Under the pieces are notes generated by a model. It saw only the letters and a program-made list of their open reading frames with translations, did no database searches and was not told the DNA's origin. A program made the translations under genes and the position numbers. Positions 28,789-38,167 of a stretch of DNA of 64,000 nt are shown piece after piece (positions within the stretch are counted from its first letter, which is position 1; every line of letters begins with the position of its first letter). Source of the DNA: an uncultured Anaerolineales bacterium (lineage in GTDB: Bacteria; Chloroflexota; Anaerolineae; B4-G1; SLSP01); assembly GCA_964504195.1 (NCBI GenBank), contig CAZDDI010000004.1, positions 23,328 to 87,327 of the forward strand. The letters are read 5' to 3'.

Positions 28789-28839
28789 TGCGTAATGCGT
28801 ACTGCGTAATCCGGAAAATTACGCAGTACGCATTACGAA
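28789..28839. repeat. Palindromic hairpin element CGTAATGCGTACTGCGTAAT-loop-ATTACGCAGTACGCATTACG (copy 1, between metF and metH)
   Basis: Identical element at 49291-49337. Confidence 0.6.
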
Positions 28840-28846
28840 TTACGTC

Positions 28847-29839
28847 TCACATCTCCCCCATCGCCTCTAGCGAGAGGGCGCCGAGGGAGACCCACTCCAG
28901 CGGCTCGGCGATGGGACGCGGATAGAGGCGCAATGCCTCCACGATTGGCGGGACAGCCGACGGCCACCCGACGGCCATGATGTGCAGCCCGCGCACGCCT
29001 TCGATTTCGCGCACTTGCTGGGCGATTTCCACACACAGCTCGATGCCAGCCTGGGCTTGCGCCTCTTTGGAGAGGCCCTGCATCCGTTGCACCACCCAGT
29101 CGGGCACGTCCATGCCCGCCACCTGCTCGCGCATGAACTCGGCAGCGCGCAGTGAGCGCACCGGCCCTACCCCCGCGAGGATGGCGACCTGCTCGTGCAA
29201 GCCCAAATCCACCACGCGGGCCATGAACTCGCGGAAGCGCGGCACGTTGAAGATAAGCTGCGTTTGGAGGAACTGTGCACCTGCCGCCACCTTTTTCGCT
29301 ACGCGAAGCGGACGGAAGTCGTAGGGCGGCGCGAAGGGGTTTTCCACCGCGCCGACGAAGAAATCTGGCGCGCGCTTGGGAATGGGTTGGCCGTTCTCGA
29401 AGACGCCCTCGCGCATCATGCGCAGCATCCGCACCAGGTTGACCGAGTCCAGATCGTAGACCGGCTTGACGTGGGGATGATCGCCACCGCTGACGTGATC
29501 GCCGCTGAGCGCCAGCACGTTGACGATGCCGTGCCCCACCGCGCCGATAAGGTCGGCTTGCAGCGCGAGGCGATTACGGTCGCGGCAGGTCATCTGCAAG
29601 ACCGGCTCCATCCCCGCCTGCTTGAGCATGATGCAGACCGGCAGGCTCGCCATGTGAACCGTCGCCGCCTGATTGTCGGTGACGTTATAGGCATCGGCGT
29701 AGCCGCGCAACACCGCAATCTGCCGGTAGATGGGGTCGGTAAGCGGTCCAACCGGCGGCCCTACCTCGACGGTGACGGCGAAGCGCCCAGCGCGCAATAC
29801 TCGCGCCAGGTTGCTATCGGGTTGTGTGATGGTGTTCAT
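28847..29839 (-). CDS. metF: Methylenetetrahydrofolate reductase
   Basis: MTHFR fold sequence; start MNTITQ. Confidence 0.85.
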   Translation of the reverse strand: MNTITQPDSNLARVLRAGRFAVTVEVGPPVGPLTDPIYRQIAVLRGYADAYNVTDNQAATVHMASLPVCIMLKQAGMEPVLQMTCRDRNRLALQADLIGAVGHGIVNVLALSGDHVSGGDHPHVKPVYDLDSVNLVRMLRMMREGVFENGQPIPKRAPDFFVGAVENPFAPPYDFRPLRVAKKVAAGAQFLQTQLIFNVPRFREFMARVVDLGLHEQVAILAGVGPVRSLRAAEFMREQVAGMDVPDWVVQRMQGLSKEAQAQAGIELCVEIAQQVREIEGVRGLHIMAVGWPSAVPPIVEALRLYPRPIAEPLEWVSLGALSLEAMGEM

Positions 29840-29857
29840 ATAATTCTCTAAATTGAC

Positions 29858-29924
29858 CACAGACGACAGACCACTGACCACGTTTCATGTAAAAGTCGTC
29901 CGTCGTCTGTCGTCCGTGGTCTAG
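29858..29924. repeat. REP-like GC hairpin element (copy 2) between metV and metF
   Basis: agacgacagaccac...gtcgtccgtcgtctgtcgtccgtggtct. Confidence 0.5.
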
Positions 29925-30421
29925 GGTTCCCCAATTTCCGCATAGCGCACGGCGCTCTCATTGCCAGTCGTGATGCGATCTGCGCCGGTGGCGTAAGTGA
30001 CCCAGGAGGCCATGCCGCGCAGACGCCAATCCACCGGCGGGTTGAGGCGCGCTTTTTCTGCCGTGTAGGGCGTGCGTTCCAGCCCGGCGAGGGCGCGCAC
30101 CCAGACGCAATCGCGCTCCGGGTAGACCTCGCAATGTCCATTGGCGCGCACGCCGCCGCACGGACCGTTGCGGAGCTGCTTGGGACAATTCATCGGGCAA
30201 ACCATGCCGGTATAGTGCAACACACACTGACCACACTCCTGGCAATCGAAGAGCGGGCGCTTGAGCGCAAGTTCGAACGGGTGCAGCCAGCGCGACGCGC
30301 GCTCCGCCCCCACCCGCTCGAACAGTCCGCCGGTATGGCGCAAGAGCCAGGAGGTAAGCTCCCAGGAGAAAACCAGGAAGTGCGATTTTAGATTTTGGAT
30401 TTTTGATTTTGGATTGCTCAT
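29921..30421 (-). CDS. metV: MetV-like protein (methylene-THF reductase C-terminal-domain family, zinc ribbon)
   Basis: FDCQECGQCVLHYTGMVCPMNCPKQLRNGPCGG; adjacent to metF as in acetogens. Confidence 0.7.
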   Translation of the reverse strand: MSNPKSKIQNLKSHFLVFSWELTSWLLRHTGGLFERVGAERASRWLHPFELALKRPLFDCQECGQCVLHYTGMVCPMNCPKQLRNGPCGGVRANGHCEVYPERDCVWVRALAGLERTPYTAEKARLNPPVDWRLRGMASWVTYATGADRITTGNESAVRYAEIGEP

Positions 30422-30434
30422 CCTCACCGATCCT

Positions 30435-31175
30435 TCACGCTGCTGCCTCATATCCACAGTCCACTTGCCCCGACGGATTGCAATAGCGTTTCAAGAGTGC
30501 GTCTACATTGGGTTTGTCATGCAATGGAATGGCAATACTCATTTCTTTCCAGTCTCGCCAGGGCCAGCGGCGCGTTACAGTCAATGTAAGCGTAGTGGGA
30601 CAATCTTCTTCCCAATGATAAGCCTCAATTTGTTTCCAGGTAATCAATGTTGCCCCTAGGATACCATACTCTCTTATTTGAAGTTGCACCAAACCGGAGA
30701 ACAAACAGAATACACTGAGAGCTAACCACAAGATGAGCGAAGAGAATAGCAAAACACCTCGTTCGCGACTCACATAATAAAGTATTAATCCACACACAAA
30801 GAAAAAAGCTGTCACAAGGCCGAGCACTACCATGGAACGTTGCGCCCCAGTATACCCAATAGTCAGCAAATGATTACCAGACCGGGTTCGATGTCTGAAG
30901 TAAACGATTGGAGGGAACAAAAGTATTGCTGAGAATCCCCATAAAAATGCCATCCGAACACCATCTTGCCATATTTTTGGCAAGATGGACAGAGCGAGCG
31001 GCATCAATACGAATGGCAATACGATTGGCAAACTTATCAACAATAATTTAACCGTTCGCAATGCAGCTGTAGGCCCCACCGAACGTTGCAAAATCACATA
31101 AGTCAGCAACAAGCAAAAAATACTACAAATAAACATCACAAAAACAGCAATTATCGAAAATAAGATGGGCGACAT
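30435..31175 (-). CDS. Hypothetical polytopic membrane protein (lower GC)
   Basis: 6-7 predicted TM helices; RBS GGGGAGG. Confidence 0.5.
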   Translation of the reverse strand: MSPILFSIIAVFVMFICSIFCLLLTYVILQRSVGPTAALRTVKLLLISLPIVLPFVLMPLALSILPKIWQDGVRMAFLWGFSAILLFPPIVYFRHRTRSGNHLLTIGYTGAQRSMVVLGLVTAFFFVCGLILYYVSRERGVLLFSSLILWLALSVFCLFSGLVQLQIREYGILGATLITWKQIEAYHWEEDCPTTLTLTVTRRWPWRDWKEMSIAIPLHDKPNVDALLKRYCNPSGQVDCGYEAAA

Positions 31176-31221
31176 TTTCAAAACCTCCCCTGATAAGAGC
31201 GAAAACCCCACTCTTCATGCT

Positions 31222-31584
31222 TCACGTTTCACGCATCACATCTTCCAGAAACGCCAACGCCTGATACAGCACCTCATCGGGCGTGAGGGCGCTGGTATCA
31301 ATGTAGAAATCGCAGTGCTGGCGGGCGTGGGCCAGGCGTACCTCACGCTCTTCGATCCACCACGAGGAGGGTTTCGCCAGCCGCTCGCGCTGCGCGCCCA
31401 CGTCGAGGCTCACGTCCACATAGAGCAGCAAATCCGGGTTAGTGATTTGCAGCCACATATCCGGCACGCCGGAGTGCTCCTGGCGGATTTCTTTGACCTG
31501 ATACCCACGCTCGCGCAAGCCGCGCGCGAGCACGGATTTCCCCGCCGAGCAAGGGCCGACAATGCCAATCAGCGGCGACTCCAT
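31222..31584 (-). CDS. Small P-loop NTPase (kinase-like)
   Basis: Walker A GPCSAGKS. Confidence 0.55.
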   Translation of the reverse strand: MESPLIGIVGPCSAGKSVLARGLRERGYQVKEIRQEHSGVPDMWLQITNPDLLLYVDVSLDVGAQRERLAKPSSWWIEEREVRLAHARQHCDFYIDTSALTPDEVLYQALAFLEDVMRET

Positions 31585-31593
31585 GGCGCTTGT

Positions 31594-32304
31594 TCACACC
31601 TCGGAGAGCGGCATCTCGATCCGCATATAGCGCGGGCCGTCGCCGGCACCCGGTGCGATGTGCAGCACGGCAATGCTGGTATCATCCGTGGGCCGGTTGT
31701 CATCGGCGGCCAGGCCGCGCGCCAGCAGGCCATCGGCGAGGGCTTGCGCCGTAGGCTGCGCTGCCCACAGCTCAGCAATGGCGGCGGCAACATCGAGCTG
31801 CGCCCCTTTGCGGCTGCCCGCGTGCGCCAGACCATCCGTAAACGCGCAGACGACCAGCCCCGGCGCGAGTGGGATATTTTCGACGCTGGGGCGCATCTGC
31901 CGCCGGAAGCCGAGCGTGAGCGCGGTATCGGGCAGCGCGCGCCACGTTCCCTCCGGCTCGCGCACATAGACGGGCGGCCCGCCACAGCGGGTGATGACCA
32001 GCGAGTGGCTGTGCATATCCACCGAAAGCACCACCAGCGTCGCTGAGACCTTGCCGCCGCGCAGCGTGTGGAGCATATCGTTGGCGGCGCGGGCGGCCGG
32101 GCCATCGCGCACCCCTTCGCCCAGTTCCGAGACCACCTTGCGCACTACCGCCAGGCTCACGGACTTTGCACCTAGCCCGGAGCTCTGCCCATCGGCCAGC
32201 ACCACCGATAGCCCGCCGTGCGGCCGCTCGATGACTTCGAGCGTGTCGCCGCTTTCTAGCACGGCCCACTTGTTGATTTTAGCGACGGCTACTGAGATGT
32301 GCAT
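31594..32304 (-). CDS. PP2C/SpoIIE-family serine phosphatase domain protein
   Basis: LADGQSSGLGAKS...FTDGL pattern. Confidence 0.6.
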   Translation of the reverse strand: MHISVAVAKINKWAVLESGDTLEVIERPHGGLSVVLADGQSSGLGAKSVSLAVVRKVVSELGEGVRDGPAARAANDMLHTLRGGKVSATLVVLSVDMHSHSLVITRCGGPPVYVREPEGTWRALPDTALTLGFRRQMRPSVENIPLAPGLVVCAFTDGLAHAGSRKGAQLDVAAAIAELWAAQPTAQALADGLLARGLAADDNRPTDDTSIAVLHIAPGAGDGPRYMRIEMPLSEV

Positions 32305-32436
32305 AATAACTCACTACCAAGAACTAACGCAAAAGGCATACCCTAAACCTGCCGCAAGGGGCATCGCACTAGAAACCGCCTGACCCTGCCATGGAGAAAG
32401 GCAAGGCTCAGGCGGCGTTGTTGCGCAAGAGCTGTA

Positions 32437-32859
32437 TCAATTTCTACTGCTGCTCGCAACAGCGGCCTTGATCTCTTCAACTTGCGGCGCGCCAGCACGG
32501 GCGTAGACAATCTGACCAACACGATCTACTACAAAAAACGTGGGGACGCCACGCACGCCCCAGCGTTGCGCGATCTCACGGCCTACGGATTGGGTCACGT
32601 TGAGGCGGAGTACACCTGCCTGACCGACCAAATCTGCTTCGAGTTGATCCACCTGAGGCTTGGTAAACAAACATATACTACACGAGTTAGAATAGAAATT
32701 CACCACGGTGGGTTGCCCCGCCTGCAAACGCGCTTCTAGCGCCTCCATAGAGGCGAACGTATCACCGGGTGTACGCAGAAAAACGAACGCCGCCCCCAGA
32801 CCCAGCACCACAATAATGATGAGCCAATTCTCACGCCAGAAAGATTTGAGTGTTGCCAT
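32437..32859 (-). CDS. Membrane-anchored thioredoxin-like (TlpA/ResA-like) protein
   Basis: TM anchor + NFYSNSCSIC CxxC motif. Confidence 0.65.
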   Translation of the reverse strand: MATLKSFWRENWLIIIVVLGLGAAFVFLRTPGDTFASMEALEARLQAGQPTVVNFYSNSCSICLFTKPQVDQLEADLVGQAGVLRLNVTQSVGREIAQRWGVRGVPTFFVVDRVGQIVYARAGAPQVEEIKAAVASSSRN

Positions 32860-32877
32860 GTGTAAAGAGTCTCCAAC

Positions 32878-32923
32878 AGTAATAAATATAGCGTGATGCG
32901 TGAAAATCTCTTCACGCATCACG
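32878..32923 (-). terminator. Intrinsic terminator after osmC (14-bp stem gcgtgatgcgtgaa/ttcacgcatcacgc + U-rich)
   Basis: Perfect stem seen in sequence. Confidence 0.55.
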
Positions 32924-32933
32924 CATCACGCCA

Positions 32934-33380
32934 CTACTTACCCGGCAGGTAGGGGGCGGGCTGATCTTCCACAATGCGGAAGCTAAACGTAATCGGAGCC
33001 GTTGCCTTAAGCATCGCCGCGACCGAGCAATAGGTCTCCTGTGACAGTTCAATTGCACGCTCCAGAGCAGCAGCGGATATGCCCTGCCCGTAAGCCACAT
33101 ACTCCAGATGGATTTTAGTATAGACCTGCGGGTGTTCTTCGGCCTTTTCCGCCTCGACATGCACTTCCAGGCCGGTGAGCGGCTCGCGCTTTTTACCCAT
33201 GATAGAGACCACATCCATCGCCGTGCAGCCGGCCGCACCCATCAGAAGCAGTTCCATCGGGCTAGGGCCACCCTGCGCTCCCGTCGAGTGCGGGACATCT
33301 AAAACAATCGTCGGGCTATGATTGGCCTGCGCAATCAAGCGCATTCCCGGCCCAACCCAAGTAACAGTTGCAGTCGCCAT
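32934..33380 (-). CDS. OsmC/Ohr-family peroxiredoxin-like protein
   Basis: GGPSPMELLLMGAAGCTAMD motif. Confidence 0.8.
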   Translation of the reverse strand: MATATVTWVGPGMRLIAQANHSPTIVLDVPHSTGAQGGPSPMELLLMGAAGCTAMDVVSIMGKKREPLTGLEVHVEAEKAEEHPQVYTKIHLEYVAYGQGISAAALERAIELSQETYCSVAAMLKATAPITFSFRIVEDQPAPYLPGK

Positions 33381-33424
33381 ATAGTTCTCCTTGTGAAAAT
33401 CTAAAATCAGAAAATCTGCAAATC

Positions 33425-33751
33425 TCAGAGCGGAATAACACAGATAAACTTGAGCGTGGCCTGCCCGGTGTTGTGATACCCGTGGACGGCGTCCGGCGGG
33501 ACAAACAATGCCACACCGGGCCGCATATCGCCCAGCGGGCCATCCGGCCCTAGTAACGCCCCCTCGCCCTCAAGGACAAAAATCTCATGCTCGTAGGGAT
33601 GGTGATGCGGATCGAAACGCACGCCGGGCTGAATCTCGATGACGCGCATAGCGAAGTTGGGCGCGCCGTCCTTCTCGGTCAACATCCAGCGGATGCCGAT
33701 GCCGTCCATCACTGGTTCGAGCGGCACATTGTTGAGGTGCTTCAATAACAT
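33425..33751 (-). CDS. Cupin-domain protein
   Basis: HHHPYEHEIFVLEG cupin motif; TTCGCCATT leader. Confidence 0.75.
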   Translation of the reverse strand: MLLKHLNNVPLEPVMDGIGIRWMLTEKDGAPNFAMRVIEIQPGVRFDPHHHPYEHEIFVLEGEGALLGPDGPLGDMRPGVALFVPPDAVHGYHNTGQATLKFICVIPL

Positions 33752-33771
33752 GTGGACCTCCTCAAAAAAAA

Positions 33772-33788
33772 TGGCGAATAGCGAATCT
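33772..33788 (-). promoter_or_regulatory. 5'-leader motif TTCGC(T/C)ATTCGCCATTTT (copy 2) upstream of cupin gene
   Basis: Same motif as at 13046, 35147, 57872; followed by AGATCCGCGA-like box. Confidence 0.45.
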
Positions 33789-33867
33789 CAGAACTTAACC
33801 CGTCGCGGATCTAGCGCTCCGCTCCGAGCAGCTGGCTCTGAAGGAGTCACCAATACCCAAAATTTCA

Positions 33868-34122
33868 TTAGCCTGCTTCCACCGCTTCGGCAGCCGCTTC
33901 TTCGGGGGTGGGCACAGGGGCCGGGCAGGAGACTGGCTTGCCCAGCAGCGTATAGAAGCCGCAATAACCTACTGCGCCGGTCAAGAAAGCAACGGCGCCT
34001 ACCACCCCCAGCAGCGTCCCTAGCACGCCCTGAAGAAACAGTAAGCCGAACAACATAACGTAAAGCCCCACAATCACGCGCAAAATACGCTCAAAGGTAC
34101 TGATGTTCTTTGGAATGCTCAT
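33868..34122 (-). CDS. DUF2892 (YgaP-like) small membrane protein
   Basis: Two TM helices, ~84 aa. Confidence 0.55.
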   Translation of the reverse strand: MSIPKNISTFERILRVIVGLYVMLFGLLFLQGVLGTLLGVVGAVAFLTGAVGYCGFYTLLGKPVSCPAPVPTPEEAAAEAVEAG

Positions 34123-34154
34123 ACAACTTCCCCTCCCATAGATTCATGCAAAAT

Positions 34155-35129
34155 TCACAACGCCAGCAAATACTCGCGCACGGCGACCGCGGACTTGGCT
34201 CCATCACCCACCGCTACTGCGATTTGCGCCAGGTTATCGGCGCGCACATCGCCAGCGGCAAAAATCCCCGGCACCGAAGTGCGCGTGTGCGCGTCGGTCA
34301 CAATGTACCCGAAGCGGTTCAACTCCACCACACCCTCCAGGAACTTGGTGTACGGCGCATACCCAACGTAGATGAAAACCCCATCGGTAGGCAAGGTGAC
34401 TTCCGCGCCAGTCTCGCGGTTCTTCACCACCACCCGCTGCACGGTCTTCTCACCTTCGATAGCGGTCAGGCTGTGGTTAAAGAATAATTCCACTTTCTCA
34501 TGCCCAAAGACCCGGTCTTGTAGGATTTTCTCTGCCTTCGAGGTAGGCAAGAATTCGACGATTTTGACGCTGTTGACGTAAGTGACCATAATCGCGCCTT
34601 CTTGCAAGCCGGAATTGCCCGCGCCAACGATGACCACATCCTTGCCCCGGAAAAGCGGGCCATCGCAAGTAGCGCAGTAAGAGACCCCGCGCCCATAAAA
34701 TTCTTTCTCGCCAGGGACGCCCAGCTTCTTGGACTCACTCCCCGTGGCGACAATCACCGCCTTGGCCTGGTACACTTGCCCCGCGGCAGTATGCACTTCC
34801 ACGCGGCCCGGTTGCACCGGCACAACCCGCTCCACCTCATCAAATTCGACAAGTTCCGCGCCAAAACGTTCAGCCTGCTGGCGGAAGAGTTCCATCATCT
34901 CAGCACCGGAAACGCCATCGGGAAAGCCGGGGTAGTTCTCGACCAGCTCGGTACTGGCCGCCAATCCGCCGGCACCCGCCTTTTCTAAGAGCAACGTCTT
35001 CATGCCATCACGCGCAGTGTAAATGGCCGCGGTCAACCCGGCTGGCCCGGCACCGATGATAAGTACATCATACAGCGTAGCTGTTGCGACTGTTTTCTTA
35101 GTCTCTTTGCTCAATGAAAACTCAAACAT
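34155..35129 (-). CDS. trxB: Thioredoxin-disulfide reductase
   Basis: GAGPAG FAD motif, CATCDG redox-active site, GAGNSG NADPH motif; start MFEFS with RBS GGGAGG. Confidence 0.85.
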   Translation of the reverse strand: MFEFSLSKETKKTVATATLYDVLIIGAGPAGLTAAIYTARDGMKTLLLEKAGAGGLAASTELVENYPGFPDGVSGAEMMELFRQQAERFGAELVEFDEVERVVPVQPGRVEVHTAAGQVYQAKAVIVATGSESKKLGVPGEKEFYGRGVSYCATCDGPLFRGKDVVIVGAGNSGLQEGAIMVTYVNSVKIVEFLPTSKAEKILQDRVFGHEKVELFFNHSLTAIEGEKTVQRVVVKNRETGAEVTLPTDGVFIYVGYAPYTKFLEGVVELNRFGYIVTDAHTRTSVPGIFAAGDVRADNLAQIAVAVGDGAKSAVAVREYLLAL

Positions 35130-35146
35130 ACTGAACCTCCCTTGAA

Positions 35147-35168
35147 AATGGCGAATGGCGAATGGCAA
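35147..35168 (-). promoter_or_regulatory. 5'-leader motif (TTCGCCA)x3 (copy 3) upstream of trxB
   Basis: gccattcgccattcgccattttcaagggagg on coding strand. Confidence 0.45.
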
Positions 35169-35261
35169 ACACTTACCCAATCGCGGATCTGGCGATCTGC
35201 TCTGAACATTCTGACGCTAAGAGATAGTTCCCGCCTCCCGTCTATCATAGCCCGCTCTGTA

Positions 35262-35301
35262 AAGTTTGCAAGAACAAGCCCGGCGGATAAGGCCGGGCTT
35301 G
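35262..35301 (-). terminator. Intrinsic terminator after PDO gene (caagcccggc-ggataa-gccgggcttg)
   Basis: Perfect 10-11 bp stem + U-rich. Confidence 0.55.
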
Positions 35302-35344
35302 GAGTGACAAACATTTATACGCGGAAAGGTATTCAGCCCACCGG

Positions 35345-35983
35345 CTACAACACCGACTTGATAGCATCCACAATTTTCTCAGCAGGCACACTACCTTCGA
35401 CCCGCACCTGCTCGTTGATGACGCTGAGCGGAACGCCCATCACATCAAACTGCTGCGCCAGCTCTGGGAACTCGCTGGCTTCGACCACCTCGGCGCGCAC
35501 GTAAGAGCTCGCCACGGCCATATCATAGGCCATCGCTGCCATGGGGGGGCAATAAGGGCAACCGGGCGTAACAAAGACGCGCATCAGCACCGGCTTTTGC
35601 AGTTCCGCCAGGAAGCTCGCGGTAGCCTCATCAAGATGTGCGTGACCGTGGCCCACCGCCTGAATGCCGTGAATCAGCGTGGTAAACTCATGCTGCGCTG
35701 GGATGCCAAAAAAGCGCAAGCCGTAGTCCTCTTTGCCAATAAAAGCAATCGCCGGAGTTTTATCAATCGCAAACTCGGCCGCTATCGCAGCATTCTTAGT
35801 AACATCGTACACTTCTACAGCTACCTGCTCTGAGGTCGCAGCCACTTCTTGAGTCAGTTCCACGATTACATCGCAATACTGGCAATCCTCTGGTGTGGTG
35901 AATACCAACAAGCGCACGGGATGATCCAAACCAGCCAGTAACTCAGTTACCTGGTCACGAATTTCATCATTAAGCAAAGTCAT
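35345..35983 (-). CDS. Protein disulfide oxidoreductase (two thioredoxin-fold domains, CQYC and CPYC)
   Basis: Two CxxC motifs; glutaredoxin-like domain protein. Confidence 0.75.
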   Translation of the reverse strand: MTLLNDEIRDQVTELLAGLDHPVRLLVFTTPEDCQYCDVIVELTQEVAATSEQVAVEVYDVTKNAAIAAEFAIDKTPAIAFIGKEDYGLRFFGIPAQHEFTTLIHGIQAVGHGHAHLDEATASFLAELQKPVLMRVFVTPGCPYCPPMAAMAYDMAVASSYVRAEVVEASEFPELAQQFDVMGVPLSVINEQVRVEGSVPAEKIVDAIKSVL

Positions 35984-36221
35984 AGAGAACCTCCTTCAAG
36001 CATCTCAATTTGAGCCGGTGGCGCAAACAGCAACCACGTAACTACTGATCGAACTGTTTTGATTGTAACATATCTCAGAAAAGTGTCAAACAAAATATAA
36101 AAATATCGCTTTACATAATGAATAATCTACAAAAAACAGTAAAAACGCTTGACTTTCTTCCTGATAAGGGTATGCTCTTGATAGAGTCTGCGTACTACCC
36201 GGCCCTATCCAACACTCCGGC

Positions 36222-37136
36222 GTGAAAGAGGCGTATAGCGTGAATGTGACAACAAACCATCCTTACATTGCTATCGAAGGCGTCATCGGTGTAGGTAAAA
36301 CTACACTGGGGCGGTTACTCCAACCCCACTTCAACGCGCAGCACGTTCGAGAAGCCTTTGATGAGAATCCTTTTCTTTCCGATTTCTACGGCGACCGAGC
36401 ACGGTACGCCTTTCAGACACAAATTTTCTTCCTGCTCAGCCGTTACCGTCAACAACAGAGCATTCCCGCACAGTTGGGCCAGACTACGGTCATCTCGGAC
36501 TATTTCTTTGCCAAAGATCGCCTCTTCGCGCGGCTCAACCTGGCCGGTGACGAGCTAACCATGTACGAACGGCTCTATGAGGCGTTGGCCGAAAAGACCC
36601 GCCACCCCAATTTAGTCGTCTATCTACGAGCCAGCACAGATATGCTCATGGCGCGCATTGCCATGCGTGACCGTCCCTATGAGCGCCAAATGGATCGTGC
36701 CTACATCGAGGCACTGCGCCAGGGCTACGAGGAGTTGTTCAGCAACTATACCGCCACCCCACTCCTGGTGATCGAGAGCGATGCGCTGGATTTTGTGCGC
36801 ACGCCGCAGGATTTGGAGCTGATCGAGAATCGCATCCATGCGGCGCTGGCCGGGGTGCGCCAACCGACGCTGATGGAGCTGGAAACGCCCAGCACACCGC
36901 ATCTGGCCTGGCAATTACCAACGGCGCCCCCGCTGGAGCCCCGCTCCGCAGCCAACTGGCACGCGCTGGGCGATTTCATTGCCTTGGTAGAGACCGTGGG
37001 TGCTATCGGCGCAGCCCTCTCCCAGCAACCGCCTATCAGGCCAGAAGGTGCGCCCGAAAAGCTCCTGGCGGCTCTGGAGCAAGCGCAAACCGTCCTGCAA
37101 ACCCTGGCCCGCCGCGCCGGACATCCCTATTCATAA
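36222..37136 (+). CDS. Deoxynucleoside kinase family protein with ~100-aa C-terminal extension
   Basis: P-loop GVIGVGKTT; dNK motifs (RY/ERS-like); GTG start. Confidence 0.7.
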   Translation: MKEAYSVNVTTNHPYIAIEGVIGVGKTTLGRLLQPHFNAQHVREAFDENPFLSDFYGDRARYAFQTQIFFLLSRYRQQQSIPAQLGQTTVISDYFFAKDRLFARLNLAGDELTMYERLYEALAEKTRHPNLVVYLRASTDMLMARIAMRDRPYERQMDRAYIEALRQGYEELFSNYTATPLLVIESDALDFVRTPQDLELIENRIHAALAGVRQPTLMELETPSTPHLAWQLPTAPPLEPRSAANWHALGDFIALVETVGAIGAALSQQPPIRPEGAPEKLLAALEQAQTVLQTLARRAGHPYS

Positions 37137-37181
37137 AATAACTCGCCCTCCTCGTGATTTACCATCATAACAAGGAAACCT

Positions 37182-38141
37182 ATGATTTACGAACGCATCT
37201 TTTCTAAAGCCTGGGACTTCACATGGAAGTACAAATCCTTATGGGTACTCGGATTTCTTGCCAGTCTATTCTGGGGAAACAACAACATTAATAGTAACTT
37301 CGTTCAAGGTAGCGCCTGGCTCTTCCAAAATATCGGGGGCATGATAAACCCCGATGCCTTGATTACTACCTTGACCATCATTATCTCTATCGGGCTTTGG
37401 CTGATAGGTACAGTGGCCCGCATCAGCCTCATCCGAGAAGTAGCCGCACTTGATGTGAAACGCCCCCGCCCCATCGCCCCACTGAAAGATGTATTCCAGG
37501 CCGCCTTCAAATCTCTCCGCTCGGTTCTGCTGATGCAATTGTTGCTTTGGTGGCCCATCATAATACTGAATCTCATCATGGTAATTGCCAGTCGCTCCCT
37601 CACCCAAAGCCTGGATGCCAACATTGTAGGGGGGACAATACCCATGGGCGCAACCAGTGCATTCACCGGTATTTGGTTATTAGGCATGAGCACCGCGATA
37701 TTGGCCGTCCCATTGATTTATATGGATGCCTTTGCCTATCGCGCCATCGTATTAGAGCAACGCGGCGTCAAAGCCAGTCTCCAAAAAGCAGCGCACATCC
37801 TGCGCACCCACACCAAATCCATTCTGACATTCTCTGCAATTTGTTTGCTCATTGGCCTGATTTTCAGTTTTGTGATCGGGATTATACTCATGCCGCTCAT
37901 CCCGCTGGTAATGTTTGCCATGGAACCGCTGCTCCAGGTTATGCAACAATGCACAGCCAATGTCAATATTAATGCTGTCATGAGCTGTATGCAACGTCTG
38001 AGCACAAGTCCGCTGTTTATCGTGGTAGGTTTAATAATGAGCAGTCTTAATGCTGCCTTATCGGCAGTATGGGTAGTATTTCAATCCGCCATATTTACAC
38101 TGGCCTATAAAAAACTGACAGAAATTAGCAAACCCAGATAA
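37182..38141 (+). CDS. Hypothetical polytopic membrane protein (lower GC)
   Basis: Multiple TM helices; no family recognised. Confidence 0.5.
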   Translation: MIYERIFSKAWDFTWKYKSLWVLGFLASLFWGNNNINSNFVQGSAWLFQNIGGMINPDALITTLTIIISIGLWLIGTVARISLIREVAALDVKRPRPIAPLKDVFQAAFKSLRSVLLMQLLLWWPIIILNLIMVIASRSLTQSLDANIVGGTIPMGATSAFTGIWLLGMSTAILAVPLIYMDAFAYRAIVLEQRGVKASLQKAAHILRTHTKSILTFSAICLLIGLIFSFVIGIILMPLIPLVMFAMEPLLQVMQQCTANVNINAVMSCMQRLSTSPLFIVVGLIMSSLNAALSAVWVVFQSAIFTLAYKKLTEISKPR

Positions 38142-38167
38142 CCAAAACCCTCCACAACCTACTTGAA

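Noticed and set aside
30360-30421. Apparent DNA repeat gattttagattttggatttttgattttgg
   Set aside because: It lies within the MetV coding region and encodes the N-terminal KSKIQNLKS peptide repeat. It is not an intergenic repeat element.
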